Shown piece after piece: positions 58,536 to 64,000 of a stretch of DNA of 64,000 bases. The stretch's first letter is position 1. Each line of letters opens with the position of its first letter. The stretch is taken from contig CAVQKE010000001.1 of NCBI GenBank assembly GCA_963713045.1, positions 128,001-192,000 on the forward strand. The letters run 5' to 3'. The notes beneath the pieces were generated by a model. The model worked only from the letters and a program-made list of their open reading frames with translations. It did no database searches and was not told the origin of the DNA. The translations under genes and the position numbers were made by a program. The DNA is from an uncultured delta proteobacterium. GTDB lineage: Bacteria > Myxococcota > Myxococcia > Myxococcales > Myxococcaceae.

Positions 58536-59395
58536 CAGAACACGTTCTTTCGCTCTTCCAGCCCGTGTTGCAGAAGCGACTGGATGGCCGACTTCACCAC
58601 CCGCACTTTTTTGTCCAGCTCCACGTCCTCGTCGTCGGGCAGCCCGGTGAAATACAGCGGGTCCCCGAAGTAGAGGCGGTACTTGGTGGGCAGCGGCAGC
58701 GGGGTGACGGTGAGGGGGAGCGCCGGAAAGCCGATAAGCTTCCCCAATGGCTTGAGGTTGAGCACCGCCGGCGCTTGCTCCTCGGCACCCACAATTCCAA
58801 TCGGGACGATGGGGGTGTTGGTTTCCAGCGCCAGGCGCATGAAGCCGAGGCCGAAGTCCTGCAGCTGGTAGCGCTGAGGCCACAGCTTGCTGATGCCGCG
58901 CACCCCTTCTGGAAACACCATCACCGCCTCTTCCGCTTCCAGGAGGCGCCGGCAATTCTCCGGTGTCCCGACGATTTGGCCGCTCCGGGCGAAGATGGTG
59001 GAGATGAAGGGCAGCGTCGCCGCCCACTTTTCCGTCATGGCGCGCAGCGCCCGCGGCGGGTTGGCTTCCAGCAGCATCGCCACCCCCACCATGGTGCCGT
59101 CGATGGGTAGCTGGCCGCCGTGGTTGGCCACCAGCAGCACCCGTCCCTTGGGCACCTTGTCAATGCCGTGCGTCTCCACCCGGAAGTAGTTTTTGTACAG
59201 CCAGATGAGGGGCGCAGCTGCGGCCAGCAGGTAGTCGACGTCAAAGCCGAAGCGGTCCACGCCAAATTCATTGGCCGGGCGGCGCAGGGTGAGCAGCGCA
59301 GCCGCCCGGTCCCCGGCCAAGCGGTCCGTCCAGGAACGCAGAGAACGCTTCACGTCGTCGGAAAGGGTTTCGAGCACGGGCTTTGGGCCTTCCAA
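58532..59395 (-). CDS. Lysophospholipid/glycerol acyltransferase (PlsC family)
   Basis: NHGGQLPID, VFPEG, GFMRLA and PIVP motifs. Confidence 0.9.
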   Translation of the reverse strand: MEGPKPVLETLSDDVKRSLRSWTDRLAGDRAAALLTLRRPANEFGVDRFGFDVDYLLAAAAPLIWLYKNYFRVETHGIDKVPKGRVLLVANHGGQLPIDGTMVGVAMLLEANPPRALRAMTEKWAATLPFISTIFARSGQIVGTPENCRRLLEAEEAVMVFPEGVRGISKLWPQRYQLQDFGLGFMRLALETNTPIVPIGIVGAEEQAPAVLNLKPLGKLIGFPALPLTVTPLPLPTKYRLYFGDPLYFTGLPDDEDVELDKKVRVVKSAIQSLLQHGLEERKNVFW

Positions 59396-59450
59396 TTACC
59401 ACGGGGACCGCGCCTGGTCCCCCCGCCCGGGGGCTGCGGCGCCTCGGCCC

Positions 59451-60386
59451 TCAGGAAGACGCGGGGGCGAAGCCCCGCGCCGCCTCGCCGAGCGTGCAAA
59501 AGGTGAAGTCTCTGGCCAACCAGGACAGCACCTCGGCCAGCCGCCGCTCCTTCTGGGCGCGCGCGACGCCGAGGTCCCGCTGGCGCCGCACCAGCGCCCC
59601 GGCAATGCCGTCGGCCGCGTCCAGCACGTCCACCGCGTGCAATTCGAAGGACAAGAAGTCGTCCCGCACCACCCCTCGGTAGGCGCCCCGCACTGCCCAG
59701 CCGGGCATCGACGTCACCAGCGTCCCAAAAAAGGGCACCCGCAACCGCCTGGTCACCGCCATCGGCAATTCCCACAGCGGTGCCGTGCCCCGGCGGTAAG
59801 GCTGATGGATGTCCGGCGCATACGGCTGGCGCGGGGCCAGAAGGACGGCCGGGCTATCCAGCGAGGAGGCCGAGCCGCGTCCCAACAGCCCCATGCCCCC
59901 AAGCACCGCCGCCTTGGCCAGGTAGTAAGGCACCGCGGGGAAGACGGAGGCGTCGTAGCGGTAGCCCCGGCGCACCAGCGCGCCCAGCAAGGTACTGGAC
60001 AGTGTGTAGCCCGGCGCGCGGAAGCCTTCGGGCTGGACGCCGGAGACGGCCCTCAGCGCCTCCTCAGCGCGTGCCAGTTCCTCCTCCACCAACGACGCAC
60101 TGGCCCGGGCAAGCGCATAGGGATGGGTGTGGCTGTGGCTGGCCAACTCATGCCCGGCTTGGACAGCCCGGCGCAGCACCTCTGCCCCCTCCCCCTGGGC
60201 GTCCTCTCCGACGACGAAGAAGGTGGCCTTGAGGCCCTGCGCTGCGAAGAGGGCAAGCAGCCGAGGCAGGGCGAGGGTGAGGTGGAGACCCCGCGTCCGG
60301 GCATCCAACGCCGCCTCGCCGAGGCCGTGGATGCGCGCATAGTGCTGCAGTCCGTCCAGGTCGACGCTGACGCAGGCGCGTTTCAC
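59451..60386 (-). CDS. Polysaccharide deacetylase family protein
   Basis: SVDLD, ATFFVVG, GHELASHSHTH, GFRAPGY and YDAS motifs. Confidence 0.88.
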   Translation of the reverse strand: MKRACVSVDLDGLQHYARIHGLGEAALDARTRGLHLTLALPRLLALFAAQGLKATFFVVGEDAQGEGAEVLRRAVQAGHELASHSHTHPYALARASASLVEEELARAEEALRAVSGVQPEGFRAPGYTLSSTLLGALVRRGYRYDASVFPAVPYYLAKAAVLGGMGLLGRGSASSLDSPAVLLAPRQPYAPDIHQPYRRGTAPLWELPMAVTRRLRVPFFGTLVTSMPGWAVRGAYRGVVRDDFLSFELHAVDVLDAADGIAGALVRRQRDLGVARAQKERRLAEVLSWLARDFTFCTLGEAARGFAPASS

Positions 60387-61102
60387 GCGCCGCCCTTGAG
60401 GCGCACCACCCACACCAGCTTGACCACATTGCGCAGCACGTTGGGGACGCGTTTGTAGAGGTGCACCGTTGGCTTGCGCTTCTCGCGCAACTCAATGGGG
60501 ATTTCCAACACCTGCAGCCCGGCCCGCCAGGCACGGATGACCAATTCACTGGCGAAGACGTCGCGGTCCACCACACAGGCCGTCACCACCGGCAGCAGAC
60601 GCTCCCGTCGAAAGGCCTTCAGCCCGTGGGTGTCGGTGCCTTGGAAGTCGAGCAGCAAGCGCAACAGCCCGTTGTGGACCCGCGTGGCTACCCGGCGCAC
60701 CAGCGGACGGCGGTCCACCGCCCCCTTGGCCGCCTTACTGCCCACCACCAAGTCGACGCTTGGGTCCTTCAGCACCTCCAGTGCCGCGTCGTAGAAGTGC
60801 AAGTCCCCAAGGTCAATCTCGTCGCACACCACCAGCGTGCCGCGCGCGGCCAGAAGGCCAGCCTTGAGGGCCGCCCCGTAGTTGGGGCGCTGCACGTGGA
60901 GCCACCGCACGCGCGGGTCCGCCGCGGAGAGGCCTTCTAGAATTTGAGGCGTCTCGTCCCGGGAGCCATTCTCGGCCAGCACCATCTCCCAAGTCAGCCC
61001 TCGGGCATCCAGGGCGCGCGCCAGCTCGCCGACAGCCGAGGCAACAATCGACGCCTCGTTGTAGACGGGGATGACGACGCTCAGCTGCGGTGGAGCAGTC
61101 AT
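60383..61102 (-). CDS. Glycosyltransferase family 2 (polyprenol-phosphate glycosyltransferase-like)
   Basis: LSVVIPVYNE, ENGSRDET, YGAALKAG, DEID and DTHGLKAF motifs. Confidence 0.88.
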   Translation of the reverse strand: MTAPPQLSVVIPVYNEASIVASAVGELARALDARGLTWEMVLAENGSRDETPQILEGLSAADPRVRWLHVQRPNYGAALKAGLLAARGTLVVCDEIDLGDLHFYDAALEVLKDPSVDLVVGSKAAKGAVDRRPLVRRVATRVHNGLLRLLLDFQGTDTHGLKAFRRERLLPVVTACVVDRDVFASELVIRAWRAGLQVLEIPIELREKRKPTVHLYKRVPNVLRNVVKLVWVVRLKGGA

Positions 61103-61248
61103 GTTTCTGAAAAGCAGGCCCCAGGCCCGCGGCGCGCGGAGGGACTAGCACGCGTTGCGGCCGGCGCCCAAGCGGGGCGTTGGTCCGGAGTTGCTACCTG
61201 GGGTTGAGTCGGCGGAAGTGCGCCGCATTGGCGAATGAATTTCGCGTC

Positions 61249-61646
61249 TTGAACGCCGTCGCACTTGGTTGGAACAGGGACTCCGAACAGCCGTGGAATT
61301 TTACGCGCTGGCTCGTCATCGCAAGCTTGTTGTTGCCGGAAGCCGGCTGCGGCCCTTCCACCTACAGTTGCCCCATGGCCAATGGCCTCTGCTGGCAACT
61401 GACCGGGGCACCCAGCTCTGAGTATTCAGACTGGAGTGGCTTCGGCTCGGGCCTCGGAATTACCCACACGGGGCCTGCTGCCACGCTGACGTCCGGCGGT
61501 TGCTCGACGGTGGGCGTCATTGGAACGTGCACCGAGCCATCCGAGGGACAGATTAAGTGGGTTTATTTCTATTATTCGCCGGCCTGGACCGTGACGCAGG
61601 CAGTAGACAGCTGCGCTTTCAAGGGTGAGTCTGGGCTCCGGACTAG
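61249..61646 (+). pseudogene. Small Cys-containing lipoprotein-like gene with probable 1-nt frameshift near its 3' end
   Basis: ...SLLLPEAGC...CSTVGVIGTC...YYSPAWTVTQAVDSCAFKG, then a shifted VWAPD-stop; start uncertain. Confidence 0.45.
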
Positions 61647-61702
61647 CTGCTGGCAGATGGCCTCTGTCAACAGCTGGGGCTGGACACGCACCGGGGTGGA
61701 GG

Positions 61703-63022
61703 TCAATCCGCGTTCAGTGTCTTGGCGGCCGCCCGTCCGGACAGCAGGGCATCCTCCATGGAGGAGTATTCCCACTGGCCGTAGCGTCCGGCGGTCTGCA
61801 GCTGGGCGGAGGCGAGGAAGTCCACCACCGTTTTCTTCGCTGGCCCATAGGCGTCGTCATAAATGACGTAGGCGTGAGGAATGTCCTCCGCCTCGGCAAA
61901 AAGCACGTCCTCGCGGCGTTGCACCATGCGGGAGTTGAGTAAGTCCTCCACCGCGTCGGCTTCGCACCCCGCCCGACTGCGCTGCCCGGTGTGGCTGTAT
62001 TCGACGTAGAAAGAAGCCATGCCCGGTGGCGCCAGCGCCGGGTACACCGCTGAGGGGGAGCCAATGCGGTAGGTTTGAAATTCGTTCCCCGGCAGGTACA
62101 CCCAATGCCAGGGTTGGGCGTTGGTGTGCCGGACGCCCACTCGGACGTAGGTGACGGTGAAGGAGCGCAGCCGCGCCGCCGCCGCGCGTACCTCCTCCGG
62201 CACCCCAGCTGGGCCCTCGGCCAGAAGGGCCACCAGCTGCGGCAATTCGATGGTGGACACCAAAGCCGAGAAGCGCACCGTCTCCCCGGTGGACAGCGTC
62301 GCTGTCCGGGCGCGCCAGTCCAGCCGGGTGGCCACCGTCCCTACAAGGACGCGCCCAGGCGGAGCCGCCCGCAGCAGCGCGCGGGGGAGCGCCTCGATGC
62401 CGCCCTCCTTGGGGTAGAGGAAGCTGGCGTTGTAGCCAAGCTGGTCCCCCCCCAGGCCCAACGCACCGTCCACCACTTCTTGAAGGGTGGGCTTCGGGAC
62501 AAAGCGCCCGCACCAAGCGGCCGACAGCTCGGCCGGTGGCACGGTCCACAGCTTGGTGTTGTAGGGCACCATGAAGTTTTTGGCGAAGCCCTCGCCCAGG
62601 TGCCGAAGGATGAATTCCTCGAAGTTGCGCGGCTCCCTTTCCCTTAAGGCCCGGCCCTTCTCCCCCAGCGTCGCGTCGATGAAGCCGAGAAGGTTTTCCG
62701 CCACCACCTCCGCCGGCAGGCCGTAGGTATTCACCTGGTAGGGGAAGCGGGTGAAGACGCCGCGGGAAAAGACGGCCGCACGTCGGTCAATGCGCACCCA
62801 GCCGCCCGGCAGCCAGCTTTCCGTGACGAGGGCCTTCATCTCCGGGTCCCGAAGGTGAAGCCAGTGGCCAGTGGCGTCGAAGTGGAAGCCCCCATGCAGG
62901 ACTTCGGTGCGCGTCTTTCCCCCGACACGCGCCTCTTTCTCTACCAACAGCCAAGGGCGCCGGAGGAAGACGGCGGTGGAGAGGCCGGCCAGTCCGCCGC
63001 CGAGAATGAGCACCGGGTCCAT
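61703..63022 (-). CDS. FAD-dependent oxidoreductase (protoporphyrinogen oxidase / UDP-galactopyranose mutase-like)
   Basis: ILGGGLAGL, EKEARVGG, FDATGHWLH, PYNTKLW, YPKEGG and GRYGQWEY motifs. Confidence 0.85.
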   Translation of the reverse strand: MDPVLILGGGLAGLSTAVFLRRPWLLVEKEARVGGKTRTEVLHGGFHFDATGHWLHLRDPEMKALVTESWLPGGWVRIDRRAAVFSRGVFTRFPYQVNTYGLPAEVVAENLLGFIDATLGEKGRALREREPRNFEEFILRHLGEGFAKNFMVPYNTKLWTVPPAELSAAWCGRFVPKPTLQEVVDGALGLGGDQLGYNASFLYPKEGGIEALPRALLRAAPPGRVLVGTVATRLDWRARTATLSTGETVRFSALVSTIELPQLVALLAEGPAGVPEEVRAAAARLRSFTVTYVRVGVRHTNAQPWHWVYLPGNEFQTYRIGSPSAVYPALAPPGMASFYVEYSHTGQRSRAGCEADAVEDLLNSRMVQRREDVLFAEAEDIPHAYVIYDDAYGPAKKTVVDFLASAQLQTAGRYGQWEYSSMEDALLSGRAAAKTLNAD

Positions 63023-63095
63023 AGAAAGAGGCCGGACTACCTAGCATAGCCCCCCCGGCCTCCCTCGGCCTTTCTGGTAACCTTGCGCCCCTCCA

Positions 63096-64000
63096 ATGAG
63101 AGTGACGTGCCCCTCCTGCCAGGCGCTCTACAACCTCGACGAGCGGCGAATCCCGCCCGGCGGGGCGAAGCTGAAGTGCACCAAGTGCCAAAGCGTCTTC
63201 CCCATCCAAGCGGGTGGGACGGCGCAAGAGGCGGTGCCGCTCCCGGCCAGCGTGGTGCCCCCCGCCGCGCCACGTAGGCCACCTCCGCCATCCAGCCCTC
63301 TGCCGGCCGTCCCCCGGACGCCCACCGGTTCCATCGCGGTGGTGCCGCCGCCGCAGTCGATGACGACGGGCGTCATCCCTTTGCCCTCGCTGGGCCTTTC
63401 AGGCGAGGCAAGCTTCCCGCGGATTACCGCCCATGCCCCGGAGGCCGGCCCCTCACCCATCTCCATGACGACCGGTGTCATCCCCTTGCCGGCCATGACG
63501 GCACCACCGCCGCCGCCGGCACCGGCCCCCTCCAGTGCGGCCAGCGCGCCACGCCCCACCGACAGGACGGTGGTATTTCCGCTGCCGAGGGACGGCGCCC
63601 CGGCGTCCACGGTGCCTCTGCCCTCCCCGGGCGGCGCGCCGGCGACTCCATCCTTTCCGCCGCCACCAGCCCGGACCGCAGCATCGCGTCCCACACCCCC
63701 TCCGTCGCCGCCGCCCAGGCTGGAGACGCAGCCCCCCGCTCCTCCGCCGAGAGCGGCTACGCGAGCCGAGTCCCCGGCTGCCCCCGTGCTGGAGGCTCCG
63801 CCGGCGGCGCCGGGGCTGGACGCGCACGTCGTCCCGCCGGTGCCGGCGCCCACCGACGTCGACTTTGCCGACGTCTGGAATACCAACCCCGGCACTCTCG
63901 CCCCCACCCGCCCTTCTTTTGGGGAGGTGCAACTGGAGGGCGGCGACGCCAACGCGACGGACTTTCCTTTCCCGGAGGACTTCGAGCCGGCGCAGCCCGG
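63096..64000 (+). CDS. MJ0042-type zinc-ribbon protein with long Pro-rich linker (partial, runs off right edge; absent from ORF track)
   Basis: ATG at 63096 gives MRVTCPSCQALYNLDERRIPPGGAKLKCTKCQSVFPI, then Pro-rich and acidic sequence; I saw no stop before the window end. Confidence 0.85.
   Translation, partial: MRVTCPSCQALYNLDERRIPPGGAKLKCTKCQSVFPIQAGGTAQEAVPLPASVVPPAAPRRPPPPSSPLPAVPRTPTGSIAVVPPPQSMTTGVIPLPSLGLSGEASFPRITAHAPEAGPSPISMTTGVIPLPAMTAPPPPPAPAPSSAASAPRPTDRTVVFPLPRDGAPASTVPLPSPGGAPATPSFPPPPARTAASRPTPPPSPPPRLETQPPAPPPRAATRAESPAAPVLEAPPAAPGLDAHVVPPVPAPTDVDFADVWNTNPGTLAPTRPSFGEVQLEGGDANATDFPFPEDFEPAQP

Overview
GC-rich (roughly 65-70% by eye) chromosomal segment, most likely from a myxobacterium (Myxococcota). 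This is inferred from a MYXO-CTERM-like tail, an FHA/DUF4388 protein, an MJ0042-type zinc-ribbon protein, a PilT paralog and large TPR proteins. Most of it is housekeeping: sdhCAB, tRNA-Pro(UGG), rdgB-rph-amidase-selD, bamD, rplM-rpsI, an rlmI-like gene, maf, tatD-tcdA, mutY-msrA, a LIV-type ABC transporter, ArsR/SAM regulator-metH, moaC, trxB, recQ and an envelope glyco/lipid cluster. A few single accessory genes are interspersed. I found no CRISPR array, transposase or prophage. Main observations: (1) two unannotated candidate ncRNAs bracket a divergent TPR-protein/lipoprotein pair, a ~190-nt closed multi-arm RNA at 53405-53594 (+) and a ~85-nt putative sigma54-driven sRNA with an intrinsic terminator at 57353-57436 (-); (2) selD is a selenoprotein gene (UGA at codon 19 plus a SECIS-like hairpin) that the ORF track truncates; (3) a folate-independent core methionine-synthase-like gene lies directly behind a complete metH, under an ArsR-SAM regulator with a palindromic operator, followed by the LIV transporter; (4) GATC is strongly depleted; (5) two genes carry single-base frameshifts. 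All calls are by eye, without database searches.
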